Origin: Candidatus Woesebacteria bacterium
GTDB lineage: Bacteria > Patescibacteriota > Microgenomatia > UBA8517
Length of the DNA: 64,000 bases
NCBI GenBank assembly: GCA_016700095.1
Contig: CP065002.1
Coordinates: forward strand, 643,667 to 707,666
Direction of reading: 5' to 3'
The notes under the pieces are model-generated. The model made no database searches, had not been told where the DNA came from, and saw only the letters and a list, made by a program, of their open reading frames with translations. Made by a program: the position numbers and the translations under genes. Shown here one piece after another: positions 37,648 to 48,705 of the stretch. How positions within the stretch are numbered: the stretch's first letter is position 1; each line of letters starts with the position of its first letter.

Positions 37648-38763
37648 ATGAATTACCAAACGATAGCACGCCTTTACGGCACCCTTGCGAAACCGGTGTT
37701 TTTTAAACTCGATCCTGAGATGGTACACGACACGATTACTGTTGTGGGGGGGTTATTGGGTAAGTACGCATTTACCAAAACCTTAACCGGTTATTTTTTC
37801 GACTATGAAAACTTCGTCTTAGAGCAAAAAGTAAACGGTATTCGCTTTAAAAGCCCCGTTGGTTTATCGGCAGGATTTGACAAAAACGCCAACCTGGTGG
37901 ACATACTCCCCTATGTCAGTTTCGGATTTGCAGAAATAGGAAGTATTACTTTTAAACCTTACAAGGGAAATCCAAAACCAAGGTTATATCGATTGCCAAA
38001 ATCACAAGCGCTTGTGGTTTATTATGGCTTGAAAAATATTGGAGTAAAAAAAATAATTCAAAAACTAAAAACATCCAATATTCCACAGGATTTTCCAATC
38101 AGTATTTCGATAGCTAAAACAAATAGTTCAACTACCTCAACAACCATCGGTGGCATTAATGATTATTATTCGTGTTTCAAAAAAGTAGTCGAAGCGGGAG
38201 TTGGTAATTTGTATACTCTTAATATCAGTTGCCCGAATACATTCGGAGGGGAACCGTTTACCACACCGGAAAAATTAGACAAGCTACTTAAGAAAATTAA
38301 CACGATAAAATACGACAAACCGCTATTTGTTAAAATGCCTATCAATTTAGCCTGGAATGACTTTGATAAGTTGCTTAAAATTTGCATCAAATATCGTGTA
38401 TCGGGTGTAGTTATTGGTAACTTAAATAAAAATCACAAGGATAAAAACATCAAAGATACTATCCCCGAAGGATTAAAAGGCGGGATAAGCGGAAAACCCA
38501 CTTGGGATTTGTCTAATGCTTTAATTGAGAAAACATATAAAAAATACAAAGCTAAATTAACTATTATAGGAACAGGTGGCATATTCTCGGCTGAGGATGC
38601 CTATACAAAAATTAAAAAGGGTGCAACTCTGGTTCAGCTTATTACAGGCATGATTTATCAGGGACCTCAGCTTATCGCCCAAATAAACGAAGGCATAGTT
38701 GACCTTATGAAAAAAGACGGTTACAAAAATCTATCGGAGGCTGTGGGAAAGGAAGTCAAATAA
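37648..38763 (+). CDS. pyrD: Dihydroorotate dehydrogenase, class-2-like architecture but with a Cys at the catalytic-base position
   Basis: N-terminal FKLDPEMVHD extension and NPVGLSAGFDKN...GNPKPRLYRL align with E. coli PyrD. The active-site motif is NISCPNT, versus NISSPNT in class 2. Confidence 0.8.
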   Translation: MNYQTIARLYGTLAKPVFFKLDPEMVHDTITVVGGLLGKYAFTKTLTGYFFDYENFVLEQKVNGIRFKSPVGLSAGFDKNANLVDILPYVSFGFAEIGSITFKPYKGNPKPRLYRLPKSQALVVYYGLKNIGVKKIIQKLKTSNIPQDFPISISIAKTNSSTTSTTIGGINDYYSCFKKVVEAGVGNLYTLNISCPNTFGGEPFTTPEKLDKLLKKINTIKYDKPLFVKMPINLAWNDFDKLLKICIKYRVSGVVIGNLNKNHKDKNIKDTIPEGLKGGISGKPTWDLSNALIEKTYKKYKAKLTIIGTGGIFSAEDAYTKIKKGATLVQLITGMIYQGPQLIAQINEGIVDLMKKDGYKNLSEAVGKEVK

Positions 38764-38764
38764 C

Positions 38765-39751
38765 TTATTCTTCTTCGGATTCGCTTTTTTCAAGACTTTC
38801 TTGTGCAGTTAAACTACCGATTGTAACTTCTGCGTCAAACTCTGACTTGTCATCGAGAATATCATCTGATAATTCTACCTGATATGTTTTGCCCAATACC
38901 TCTGAAATTTCTTTATACAATCCGTCAGGTGCATCTTTTTTAACTACAACATAAGTGATGGTGAAGTCTGAACTGTCGGCATTGTCAGGTGTTGCTTCTT
39001 GGAAGCCCGCGTCTGTCAATAATTTAGCCGCCTTACCCGCCTCCCCCGCTTTACCCGATCCATTTAATACACTGACACTAATGTTTTCCAAATCAAGAGG
39101 TTTGGTTGTCACATTGGGTAGCGGAGTTGGGCTTGGAATTACGGTATTCGGGGTAGGTGTAACCTGGGTATTATCAATCGCATCAGGTGTATTTTTTTGA
39201 TAATAAAACAATCCTCCGCCTATGACTCCGAGTACAATTGCGACAATAACGAAGACAATAAATATTTTTAATTTATTTCCTGAAGGTTCATCGTTTGAGT
39301 TTTCACCATCGGCACTATCGAGCCATTGTTTAATTTCTTCTTTCGGATCCTTTTTTATATCAGGTGAAACCGGTGTCTCGGTTTTTGCTTCTCCGGGGTT
39401 TTCATTGTCACCAGTCGTGTCGGGTGAAGGAGTTTTTGGACTATGTATTTTATCCATTTTCGTATCTTCATCTTTTTTGTCGGCATCAAGCAAGCTAAAA
39501 GAGGATACATTTTCCACTTCTTGAGTATCTTTTTGTACACCAGCTTTTTCGGTATCTGATTCTTTTTCGTCATGTGTGGGCAAATCATCCGAAGAGTTAA
39601 CCTTTTCTTCTTTTTCTTGAGGAACCTCTTTTTCGCTTTTCTTTTTAGGGATGCGTACACTAATTACTTTTTCCTCACTATCTTCCGCCAACTGGCTCTC
39701 AATTGAGTCAATCTGATCCAACGATTGTTTACTTTTTGTGTCTTTTGGCAT
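38765..39751 (-). CDS. Membrane protein with acidic disordered N-terminus, Pro/Thr linker and C-terminal LytR_C domain
   Basis: ISVSVLNGSGKAGEAGKAAKLLTDAGFQ matches the LytR/CpsA/Psr C-terminal domain. One TM. Confidence 0.5.
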   Translation of the reverse strand: MPKDTKSKQSLDQIDSIESQLAEDSEEKVISVRIPKKKSEKEVPQEKEEKVNSSDDLPTHDEKESDTEKAGVQKDTQEVENVSSFSLLDADKKDEDTKMDKIHSPKTPSPDTTGDNENPGEAKTETPVSPDIKKDPKEEIKQWLDSADGENSNDEPSGNKLKIFIVFVIVAIVLGVIGGGLFYYQKNTPDAIDNTQVTPTPNTVIPSPTPLPNVTTKPLDLENISVSVLNGSGKAGEAGKAAKLLTDAGFQEATPDNADSSDFTITYVVVKKDAPDGLYKEISEVLGKTYQVELSDDILDDKSEFDAEVTIGSLTAQESLEKSESEEE

Positions 39752-40093
39752 ATTCGATAGCTTATACCATTGTGAAACATCTGGTATCGTGTTGTCAACA
39801 TCCTCTTGTTTTGATTCCGGTGAGATAGTAAAATTCCCCTGTATGTCGAGAACCGATATTAAACAAATAATTAAAAGGCAGGACGACGAAGTTTATGGTG
39901 AAAATACGATTGCAGGATCTTCACCTGATCCCGAGTCCGATGATGACACGGCAGATTCAAATAACGATTACACTACGAGACTAAAACCCGGAGATGATTT
40001 TTACCTAGCCGATGAGGTCTTAAATGACGATAAACCTACTATTGCCACACATGTAACTCTTGGTGATGAAGAAGAAGAGGAAGAAGAGGAACT

Positions 40094-41728
40094 TTAAGAA
40101 TATAAATACTTTACGTATTCCTTAAGCATTCTATCGGCTGTGAAATTTTTGGAAAGCTCGATAGACTTACGCATTCTCTCGACCCACGTTTTAGGGTAAT
40201 CGCCGGTTGTTTCATAATAAATGTCTTGAGCTTCTTCTAGTGATGAATAAATACTTGCACTTAAATTGTTGTCATCAAGTTTCCAACCTACATTTTCCCA
40301 GTTGACCTCTTTTGCCCAACCACCCACCGTTGTCATATTAAGAACTCCGTTTGACAAGGCTTTCATACCTGATGTTCCCGATGCTTCTTCGTTGGGTTTA
40401 GGTGTGTTTAACCATATGTCGCTTCCTGATACGAGAGATTTAGCGAGTGATATGTCGTAATCGGGTACAAAAATAGCGTATCCCGATAACTCGTTTTGCA
40501 TATAGCGAATAATTTCCTGGAGAACTAACTTATTTTGGTCATCGCCTGGGTGAACTTTGCCGGCAAACAAAAGTTGAATAGCTTTGTTCTCACGGGTAAT
40601 TATCTTAACGAGTCGGTTTAAGTCAGAAATTACAGCTTTTGGTTGCTTATAACCGGCTACCCGTCTAGCCCACGTAACGACAAGACGATTGTGGTCGTAT
40701 TTGAAACCGGTTCTGTTTAGCACCATTTTTGACAGGTCAGCTTTTTTTCTTACATGATTGTCCCATAAGTCTCGGTCGTGTATGGAAGTGTTTCTGAAAG
40801 CATGTGTCTGCCAACGTGGTAAATGCACTCCGTTTGTTATTGCATACCAATTATAGTTTGGCCAGAGTTTTTTTGAGATTTTACCATGCGCTTTGCTAAC
40901 TGCGGATACCTTGTGTGAAGCGTTTAGGGCAAATCGCGTCATATCAAATCTCTTGCTTTCTTGTTCAATTCCTTTTTCAATAATAAAGTTGATATCAAGT
41001 TGTTTGTGTACGTCAATCAATTCTAAGTAATGCCTAACTTTTTGTGGATCATAACTTACATTCCCTGCTTTTACCAAAGTGTGGTTAGTATATACAATTG
41101 ACTGCTGCGCTAAATTCCAAGAATTTTCGACATCTTTCTTGTCTACACCAGAAAGATGTTTAATCAATTCCGTAACGACAAAAGCAGGCCTACCTTCATT
41201 TAAATGATAGAAAGAGGGCTTAATTTTTAAGGCTTCAAGTAATTTGACGCCACCTACTCCAAGTAATATGTTTTGCTTGATTTGAGTATCTTCATCTCCC
41301 CAGTAGATGGTATTTAGAAGTCCTCGCCAATCCTCGGAATTTCCGTCAACATTTGGTGAAAGAAAAAACAATAAAGTGTGGTCGGCAAGACGAATGTAAT
41401 ACGAGCGTACTTTTATTGTTTCTCCACATGATATTTCAATAATCAAAGGTTTTCCGTTAATTGTCGTTTCCCTAAGAAAAGAGGTGTTTGGGTCAAATAC
41501 AGAATCCAAATCGTGCTGATAACCGGTTTCGTCGATATGTTGGACAAATTTTCTACCCTTATGAAGCAAGCCAATACCAATCATGGGAAAATTAATATCA
41601 GCGGCGGCACTTATTACTTCTCCGGCAAGTATCCCCAACCCTCCGGCGTAAGTAGGTAACTCATTATCTATACCAAATTCAACACAAAAATATGCAACCG
41701 GATTGATATTTTTTGGCAGATTAATCAC
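40094..41728 (-). CDS. glgP: Alpha-glucan (glycogen/maltodextrin) phosphorylase, GT35
   Basis: EASGTSGMKALSNG is the pyridoxal-phosphate lysine motif. FAGKVHPGD is also present. Confidence 0.8.
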   Translation of the reverse strand: MINLPKNINPVAYFCVEFGIDNELPTYAGGLGILAGEVISAAADINFPMIGIGLLHKGRKFVQHIDETGYQHDLDSVFDPNTSFLRETTINGKPLIIEISCGETIKVRSYYIRLADHTLLFFLSPNVDGNSEDWRGLLNTIYWGDEDTQIKQNILLGVGGVKLLEALKIKPSFYHLNEGRPAFVVTELIKHLSGVDKKDVENSWNLAQQSIVYTNHTLVKAGNVSYDPQKVRHYLELIDVHKQLDINFIIEKGIEQESKRFDMTRFALNASHKVSAVSKAHGKISKKLWPNYNWYAITNGVHLPRWQTHAFRNTSIHDRDLWDNHVRKKADLSKMVLNRTGFKYDHNRLVVTWARRVAGYKQPKAVISDLNRLVKIITRENKAIQLLFAGKVHPGDDQNKLVLQEIIRYMQNELSGYAIFVPDYDISLAKSLVSGSDIWLNTPKPNEEASGTSGMKALSNGVLNMTTVGGWAKEVNWENVGWKLDDNNLSASIYSSLEEAQDIYYETTGDYPKTWVERMRKSIELSKNFTADRMLKEYVKYLYS

Positions 41729-41770
41729 TTATTAAGCATTACAGATTTTGCCCTTAATTACCAGAGTTGT

Positions 41771-42508
41771 TTAATTCGTAATAATCGAAGTGACGACCGG
41801 AGATAAATATTCTTTATTCGTTGCAATAAGCTCGTCGTCGTAAAATATGGCTACCCATATTGCGTTATCCTGATCGATAAAAATATAATAATAAGAATCA
41901 AGATTAGTTGAGGCTCTTACATGAACTTTTATTGCCTCATAACCAAAAAAGTCATATGAGGTTTGCTCAATGACATTATCACGCACAAATAGCGGAGATA
42001 CCAAAAGGTCATTATCTGCCATGTGAGCTATTTGTTCGTCTTGAGCCGTAAGAAATTCATCCAGCGAATTTTCGATAGTTTTGTCGTACACAAGGCTGGT
42101 TTTTCTAAAAGTTATATCGGGTAAATTATCTTCACGTTCGGATATTTCGTAAAAAGAAATCTCCGGCCATTTTGTTTTTTGATACATAGCATGCCACGCG
42201 GAGGGATACACAATCTTTTTATCCCAACTTAGATCCATTTCACACAATTTGTCATCAATTAGTTTTACACTTATTATTTCGTCTTGAGTGTAAGCAACGT
42301 GTTCAAGTAAGTTAAGCGTATCACATTCGGTATCTATCGCAGCAGTTTTACTTAATTCCTGTAGATTTATTGTTTGAGGTAAATCGGTTGAATAAGTATT
42401 ATTAGCCAATTCGTTCTGTGTTTTGCTAAAAAATATAGAAACACCAACGGTAACAATAACGCTAAAGAAAATTGCAAAAATCAAATAAGTGTAATCAGTG
42501 TTTTTCAT
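41771..42508 (-). CDS. Hypothetical membrane-anchored protein
   Basis: N-terminal TM. No domain recognised. Confidence 0.35.
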   Translation of the reverse strand: MKNTDYTYLIFAIFFSVIVTVGVSIFFSKTQNELANNTYSTDLPQTINLQELSKTAAIDTECDTLNLLEHVAYTQDEIISVKLIDDKLCEMDLSWDKKIVYPSAWHAMYQKTKWPEISFYEISEREDNLPDITFRKTSLVYDKTIENSLDEFLTAQDEQIAHMADNDLLVSPLFVRDNVIEQTSYDFFGYEAIKVHVRASTNLDSYYYIFIDQDNAIWVAIFYDDELIATNKEYLSPVVTSIITN

Positions 42509-42696
42509 AAATCATCGATATTTTATAATACACTGTATTAAAGAAATGATTAACGGAGAAATATCGAAGCAGTAAGTTATATTGCGCAAGAAAACTCATC
42601 TACCTTGGTAGTAACTTGGATTGGTCACGTATCCCCTTTTTTGAATGTATGTTGTTATTAAACGTTTGTAATTTTCAAGCTAGAAAAGAGGACTAT

Positions 42697-44148
42697 TTAG
42701 ACGTTGTAGACGCTTAGCGTAGCGTTTCTTAGATTTGCCATCTTGGTAATCCCCACACGCTCGACGAAATACCTGTCATGGGAAACCAACACAACCGTTC
42801 CCTTGAACTCTCTTAAAGAATTTTCTACAACTTCTTTGGTTTCGATATCTAAATGGTTTGTCGGTTCATCTAAGATTAGCAAATCATAATTATTGTGAGT
42901 AAATATTGCCAGAGCAAATCGCGCCCTTTGACCCGGACTTAAATTTTTGACCGGTTTTTTTAGGTCGTCATTCTCGAATAAAAACTTTTTCAATTCCCCG
43001 AAGGCTTTTCCGTATGCACAGCCTGTTTCTTCCAGGTAACATGTAAGCAAGTTTCGATTATCTAATATTTTTGATTGTTTCTGGGCAAAATAACCCATTT
43101 TTACATTATTGCCAATTTCTATTTCACCATGGGTTGGTTGTTCGTCTCCTGCTATCATTTTAACGATTGTTGATTTACCCGCACCATTTGGACCATACAA
43201 CCAAACCTTTTCTCCTCCCAAGACACTAAAGTTTAAATCTTTAAAAACTTCCCTAGTGTCATAAACTTTACTTACATTCTTGAAGGCAAGCATCATTTTT
43301 CGATGTGTAATATCTGTCACAAATTCGATATCCTTTAGCCTCTTTGATTCATATTTGTGTTTTTCGTTCTCTCCCTTAGTTTCTCTTTCGATCCTTTTTT
43401 TGGCTGAACTGACTGCCTTTCCTCGGCTTTTTCCGTCCGATATTTTTCTCGCACTCGCTAACAACTGTTCGAGTTTATCCTTCTTTTTAAGAAATAGTTT
43501 GAAGTCATTATCCCATTTCTCAATTAGTTTTAATTTTTCTTCTTTGTAAAAATCGTAATTTCCAACAAAGCGAATGATACCTGATTTTTCGATTTCCCAT
43601 ATTTCATCAACTACCATGTTTAAAAATTGTCGATCATGAGAAATTAGAAGGACTGTTTCATTTAAATTTTTAATATAATTTTCAAACCATACAATACCTT
43701 CAATATCAAGATGGTTGGTTGGCTCATCAATGATAAGAATGGTTGGGTCGACAAGTAACATCTCAATCATTTTTGCCTTCATCTTCTGACCCTCACTAAG
43801 TGTTGATATTTTTTGTTCCGGATTGTAATTTACATATTTTAATTTACTTATTAGAATATCAATCTTATACTCTTCCCACTCTTCACTTAATTTACTCTTG
43901 AGATATTCTCCGATAGTTACGTCGGGAAATTCAAATTCTTGAGGAACATATCCAATTGTTTCGCCGTGATTGTGGTAACTTCCGGAGTCCGTGCTTATCT
44001 CTCCCGCAATTATTTTGAAAAGAGTTGTTTTGCCACAACCATTTGCTCCGACAACGCCGATTTTTCTACCGTTACCGGCTTTAAAAGAAATATTACTTAA
44101 AATATTTTCCGTGCCGTAATTTTTAGAGATGCCATGTCCTATAATCAT
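42697..44148 (-). CDS. ABC-F family ATPase (two tandem ABC domains, no TM; EttA/Uup-like)
   Basis: Walker A GANGCGKTT and GPNGAGKST. Signature motifs LSEGQKMK and LSPGQRAR. Charged linker. Confidence 0.8.
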   Translation of the reverse strand: MIIGHGISKNYGTENILSNISFKAGNGRKIGVVGANGCGKTTLFKIIAGEISTDSGSYHNHGETIGYVPQEFEFPDVTIGEYLKSKLSEEWEEYKIDILISKLKYVNYNPEQKISTLSEGQKMKAKMIEMLLVDPTILIIDEPTNHLDIEGIVWFENYIKNLNETVLLISHDRQFLNMVVDEIWEIEKSGIIRFVGNYDFYKEEKLKLIEKWDNDFKLFLKKKDKLEQLLASARKISDGKSRGKAVSSAKKRIERETKGENEKHKYESKRLKDIEFVTDITHRKMMLAFKNVSKVYDTREVFKDLNFSVLGGEKVWLYGPNGAGKSTIVKMIAGDEQPTHGEIEIGNNVKMGYFAQKQSKILDNRNLLTCYLEETGCAYGKAFGELKKFLFENDDLKKPVKNLSPGQRARFALAIFTHNNYDLLILDEPTNHLDIETKEVVENSLREFKGTVVLVSHDRYFVERVGITKMANLRNATLSVYNV

Positions 44149-44438
44149 ACGTGTATTTTAGCAGTTTTTTTGAGAATATATAAATTAATAATGAAAGTAC
44201 TTGTAATACTTACTTTAATTAAATGAAGTATATTTATTGCTTCGAGAGATTATTTGCCATGATTAATACAAGGGGAAAGTTGCTTTTTAATCGTCACTTG
44301 CACATCGTGGTATTCGCACAGAATGGTATTGGGTTTGTTATTTAAACTTCACGAAAGCTACGTGTTGAACGTGTACTTTAAGCGAAGCTGTGATCAAACT
44401 TTTCACCAGAAAACCTTAACCTTTTAGGTAGTGGTTAT

Positions 44439-46079
44439 TTAAGGTACGTCAACAACTTCATCACGTTTTTTCCTGATAAAAGCAAACCACTCCTCCAATA
44501 CCTCAACCATCGATTTAAGTGGAGCTTCAATAAGAAAATCTAAAATTACAGAAAAGATATTCAGTTTCGAAAATCCTTGAGAAAGATACATTCCAAGATT
44601 TAAAAACGGTAGCGATAGAACTTCAAATATTAATCCGATTGTTCCTTCATCGGAATATATCTTAATCTCATTGGCGTTTAATTTAATTTTCATAACAAAA
44701 AGGAGAACTAACGATAGAAATGCAAAGAAAATCAATGTTGCAATTACGGAAAAACCCGCATAACTTAAAATAAATGCAAGAAGCATAAAGACCACTAAAA
44801 AGGTAATTAGATAAAAAAGTGAAAAAATAGTTTTTAACCTCGAGCCTTTATTGACGGATGTTAAGGCAAATTCACTAATTTTATTTGTATTTTTTTGATA
44901 CACGATGTTTTGAATTCTTCTAACAATGATATCGGTGTTTTTTTCACCCGGTGTTTTTATGGTTGATCCAACTAATATCATTAAAAAGGGTGGAAATAAT
45001 ACGTTTGAAACAAGAGGAAATATATCAGCTGAACCATCGAGATATATTTCGATCGGGATTTCGACAAGAAGTGCGATAAATATTTTTGTTACAAAAATAT
45101 AAACAACACTTCTTTGGATACTTCTCCTTGTTTTGGTTTTTATAGCTTGATATTTTTTAAGGCAGACCTGCCTAATATTTTCTTCGAACAATTGTGGTTT
45201 ATTAACAAGTTTATTTAGTGTAGTTTTTTCACTTACAGCTACTTCGTGGAGAATATCGAAAGGTGCAACACTTTTTTTCACTTTTCTATATATCAGAAAT
45301 CTTTTGGGATGACTTAGGCTTTTTTCAATTAAACCATAGATCTCGGAAAAATTATCAATAAATTGTGTAATATCTTCTTTTGTATTTTTGTTCCATGTTA
45401 AAAATATTTTAGTGAGCAAATGATAACGCATAATCGCATCATCCGACTTGGTATAAGACCGGTGAACTGCTAAATAGACTTGCAAACTTTTCTCCTCTTC
45501 GGTTAATTCATCGTCATTCCATGTAAAATTTGCCATAAACCAGTGATGCATTAGATCAACAAAAAGATCACGGTTGGAAGGATCAAGTAAGTCTTCTATT
45601 TCACTTGATGCGATGCCAATTAACCAACCTTCCATATCCTTTTTTGATTTAGCCAAATATTTAGCGTTTTTTAGTATGAAGTTAAACTTACTTAGTATTT
45701 GCGCAACTTCACCTATACTCTCAACCGGAATAGTGTCATTTTGGAGGTATTTTGCCTGAACCAACTCTTTTAATAAAGTGCTTGATACTTTCTCAAAATC
45801 AACGTTTTCCAAGTTTGGTTTTTCCCAAAGAAGTCTTTTGAGTATTCTTTCAACAGCATTTCTTCTGATTACGTTCTCGCCTTTATACTCCACGGAATTA
45901 CGGATTTTCTCATACACATAGGAAATACTGCCTAGCGTTTGGCTCACTTTCACATTTTCACCCGATAAATTGTCCTTTTTCTCGTATGACTTAGTGAAAT
46001 TACGGCTAAAATTTTCAAAGTATGATGTTAAAGGACTAATTTTTTTTCTCGCCTGTGAGACATAAATATTTTTATGCAT
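44439..46079 (-). CDS. Hypothetical protein with a large soluble N-terminal region and 5-6 C-terminal TM helices
   Basis: Hydropathy only. Confidence 0.35.
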   Translation of the reverse strand: MHKNIYVSQARKKISPLTSYFENFSRNFTKSYEKKDNLSGENVKVSQTLGSISYVYEKIRNSVEYKGENVIRRNAVERILKRLLWEKPNLENVDFEKVSSTLLKELVQAKYLQNDTIPVESIGEVAQILSKFNFILKNAKYLAKSKKDMEGWLIGIASSEIEDLLDPSNRDLFVDLMHHWFMANFTWNDDELTEEEKSLQVYLAVHRSYTKSDDAIMRYHLLTKIFLTWNKNTKEDITQFIDNFSEIYGLIEKSLSHPKRFLIYRKVKKSVAPFDILHEVAVSEKTTLNKLVNKPQLFEENIRQVCLKKYQAIKTKTRRSIQRSVVYIFVTKIFIALLVEIPIEIYLDGSADIFPLVSNVLFPPFLMILVGSTIKTPGEKNTDIIVRRIQNIVYQKNTNKISEFALTSVNKGSRLKTIFSLFYLITFLVVFMLLAFILSYAGFSVIATLIFFAFLSLVLLFVMKIKLNANEIKIYSDEGTIGLIFEVLSLPFLNLGMYLSQGFSKLNIFSVILDFLIEAPLKSMVEVLEEWFAFIRKKRDEVVDVP

Positions 46080-46302
46080 AACTTATTATACTTATTTTAG
46101 TAACTAAACCATACTATTGGCGACACACTAATCTTTAATAGTTGTAAGTAAGCGCATTATTTAAATAACAAAACTTCCACCTAATAGTATCCACCAGGTT
46201 TTGATCTTGAAAAAAAATATAAAGTTAATTCACAGGTTTGACTCATTTTGCGAACCTTTTCATCCGTTTACGAAAAAAATACTAATGCATAGCAAAGTGT
46301 GG

Positions 46303-47574
46303 TTACAATACTGCAATGCCAAACATTACTAGAGAAATAACCAAACCAATTATAAGCGCAAAAATAAAACGGGTAATGAAATCCCCTTGTGAAAACCACT
46401 GATATAACTCAACTATTTTCCCGACATTATTAATAATATTTTCTCGCTTGTCAAAATCTTTTTTAGTATGAGTGCTTGTCCGTATACTTTGTTTATTGCC
46501 TTTTTCGGTATGTGTTTTTGTGCTTGTTTCTGTGTTTTCATTACTTATCAAATCGCTGTCATGTTCTTTAACTCTCTCTTTTTGTATATTTGATTTCTGA
46601 TTGGCTCTTTTATTAAACGTCGTTTTATTCACATCTTGTAAATTGTTATCAGAGTCGTGAGACTTGTCTAAATTCATGTTAAACTTGAAATGAATACCAG
46701 TCTTTTCTATTTGGCTTACATCTTTCTCGCGTGTCATATCTTGTTGAAAAATTCTATCTGGTTTATCCAATATTATTTGTGCTTCATTGTTAATAATCCT
46801 TTGCTCTACCGTGTGAACGGTATCATTTTGAGTGACTATATTTTGACTATCGCGAAATACTTCCGTTGTTGATGTGTGGCCAGTCTTAGGTAACGAAGCG
46901 TTTGTAGAAACGTTATAGATACTAAAAGATGTTGATGACCCAGTTTTATCAAATGAAGTAGTTTCGTAAACATTTTTATCGACATGTTTAAAGATTGAAG
47001 TGTTAAGTGAATTTTGATATACAGGTATGGAGGTACGTATTTGGTTCGCATTTTCTAATGGATGTATAAAATTACTCACCGCTTCTTTGACTAGATCGCC
47101 AACAAGTGAGTACTTATAAAACATATCATCAAATATATTCTTTACCTTGCTTCGAGGGTTGTTGAAAGATTGCCCTAAGTAGTTCGTAAAATTTTCTACC
47201 ACATGTTCTTTGTGATTACTTTGGCTATGATTGTTTTCTTCGTCAAGGAGCGTAAAACTGGTTACAAATGTATGTGGTGTTTTTGAAAGTAGGATGAATA
47301 GTTCGTACAAATTATTTTCATCGGTAGGTTTTTTTATCTTGTGATTATTTACGACTACAATTGTTGTAATTCCGATACTTATCGTATTGTTGTCTGGGAA
47401 AGCCCCTTGCGCTAAGTATGAAGAAAGTGTGTGAGCAAATTCAATTGTATCTAAGTCTTGTGATGGGTTGTGAGCAACTTTCCCAAGACGAAATGTGCAA
47501 GGGATACCAAGTGATGAAAACTCGTCGTAGATTTTGGGTGACTCAGCAGAAATTAGTATTTGCTTTTTTAGCAT
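46303..47574 (-). CDS. Hypothetical protein with C-terminal membrane anchor
   Basis: Long ORF. Asn/Thr-rich middle region. One C-terminal TM. Confidence 0.35.
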   Translation of the reverse strand: MLKKQILISAESPKIYDEFSSLGIPCTFRLGKVAHNPSQDLDTIEFAHTLSSYLAQGAFPDNNTISIGITTIVVVNNHKIKKPTDENNLYELFILLSKTPHTFVTSFTLLDEENNHSQSNHKEHVVENFTNYLGQSFNNPRSKVKNIFDDMFYKYSLVGDLVKEAVSNFIHPLENANQIRTSIPVYQNSLNTSIFKHVDKNVYETTSFDKTGSSTSFSIYNVSTNASLPKTGHTSTTEVFRDSQNIVTQNDTVHTVEQRIINNEAQIILDKPDRIFQQDMTREKDVSQIEKTGIHFKFNMNLDKSHDSDNNLQDVNKTTFNKRANQKSNIQKERVKEHDSDLISNENTETSTKTHTEKGNKQSIRTSTHTKKDFDKRENIINNVGKIVELYQWFSQGDFITRFIFALIIGLVISLVMFGIAVL

Positions 47575-47635
47575 TGTAATGAGTTTAAATCTTATTCATT
47601 TTAATACAAGTATTTGTTGAAAATGTTAAATATCC

Positions 47636-47890
47636 ATGCAAAGTTATGTTAGAATAATCGAAAGAATGTCAATCAAAGGAGAACAAAACCAAAGCGGTGA
47701 ACCATGGAGAGTGGGTGATTTGCCAAGCGGGGAATTACCAGAATACACTCAAGCGGGTAAATTACATCTGAATCTTAATGGTATCAGCAAAGTAGAATAC
47801 GAGTTGCCGTTTGGAAATAGCACGTTATGTGGAGAAATGGTGTACGATTCCGCGGACAACCTAATTATTTATAAAGCGAAAACAAAGTAA
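47636..47890 (+). CDS. Hypothetical small protein
   Basis: 84-aa ORF. Confidence 0.25.
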   Translation: MQSYVRIIERMSIKGEQNQSGEPWRVGDLPSGELPEYTQAGKLHLNLNGISKVEYELPFGNSTLCGEMVYDSADNLIIYKAKTK

Positions 47891-47948
47891 TTTGCAGATA
47901 ATTTGACAACGAATAGCTAAATTGTCGCTAAGCTTTATAAGCATCAAT

Positions 47949-48566
47949 CTAAACTGTATTTACTTCCTCACACTCCATCCTTTCCTCATCATACGGTTTC
48001 AATAACATCTTGGCTTTTTGTAAACTTTCAAAGTATTTTGCAGTATCGTTTATATCAATAATAACAGGCATTCTGTCGTGCACTTTTTTCATTAACGAGT
48101 TTGCACTTGTTGTAATGATTGCTGTCATATAGTGGATTTTTCCTTCGGCATCTTGGTGTGATGAGTAAATGCCGGCAAATGAAAATATATTAGTATCCTT
48201 AATTTTGAACCTGAAAGGCGTTTTTACTAGTTTTCCCTCTATTTTCTCTTTCTTCCATTCATAAAAAAATGATGCAGGAATTAGACAGCGATTACTTTCA
48301 AAATCGGATCTATAAAAATTACCACCAAGTTTATCACTTCTTGCATTAATCGGTTTAATTTTAGTCTTGGATGGATCAGCCCATGTAGGAATAAATCCCC
48401 AACGCATTTGCCGTGCAACTAGTGGAGAGTTTTTGGTAAGTGTGACTATCAACTGTGATGGCCTAATGTCCGAGTTGGATTTAATCTCAAAATCAGGCTG
48501 GCTTATCAAATCATACGTTTTTGCTAAATCTTGAGCACCAAAGCTTGAGCCAAATCTTCCGCACAT
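47949..48566 (-). CDS. SOS-response-associated peptidase (SRAP/YedK/HMCES family, abasic-site processing)
   Basis: N-terminal MCGRF (catalytic Cys2). WGFIPTWA, NARSDK, CLIPASFFYEW and HDRMPVII are all present. Confidence 0.75.
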   Translation of the reverse strand: MCGRFGSSFGAQDLAKTYDLISQPDFEIKSNSDIRPSQLIVTLTKNSPLVARQMRWGFIPTWADPSKTKIKPINARSDKLGGNFYRSDFESNRCLIPASFFYEWKKEKIEGKLVKTPFRFKIKDTNIFSFAGIYSSHQDAEGKIHYMTAIITTSANSLMKKVHDRMPVIIDINDTAKYFESLQKAKMLLKPYDEERMECEEVNTV

Positions 48567-48705
48567 TTTTGTATTTTACCACGATTTATGTTAGCTGAAT
48601 AATAATTGCATCTATATGTAAATCACGACTTGTTAAGTCGGGAATGAAGTATGGTCATAACTTGGCGACAAAAGACCACAACCTTGAAGTTATGTATCGT
48701 ATATT

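Noticed and set aside
39738-40097. ORF 39738..40097(+), acidic and ending in EEEEEEEL
   Set aside because: Low-complexity. It overlaps the 5' end of the LytR_C gene on the other strand. The most plausible start (MSRTDIK) would give a 90-aa acidic peptide with no support.
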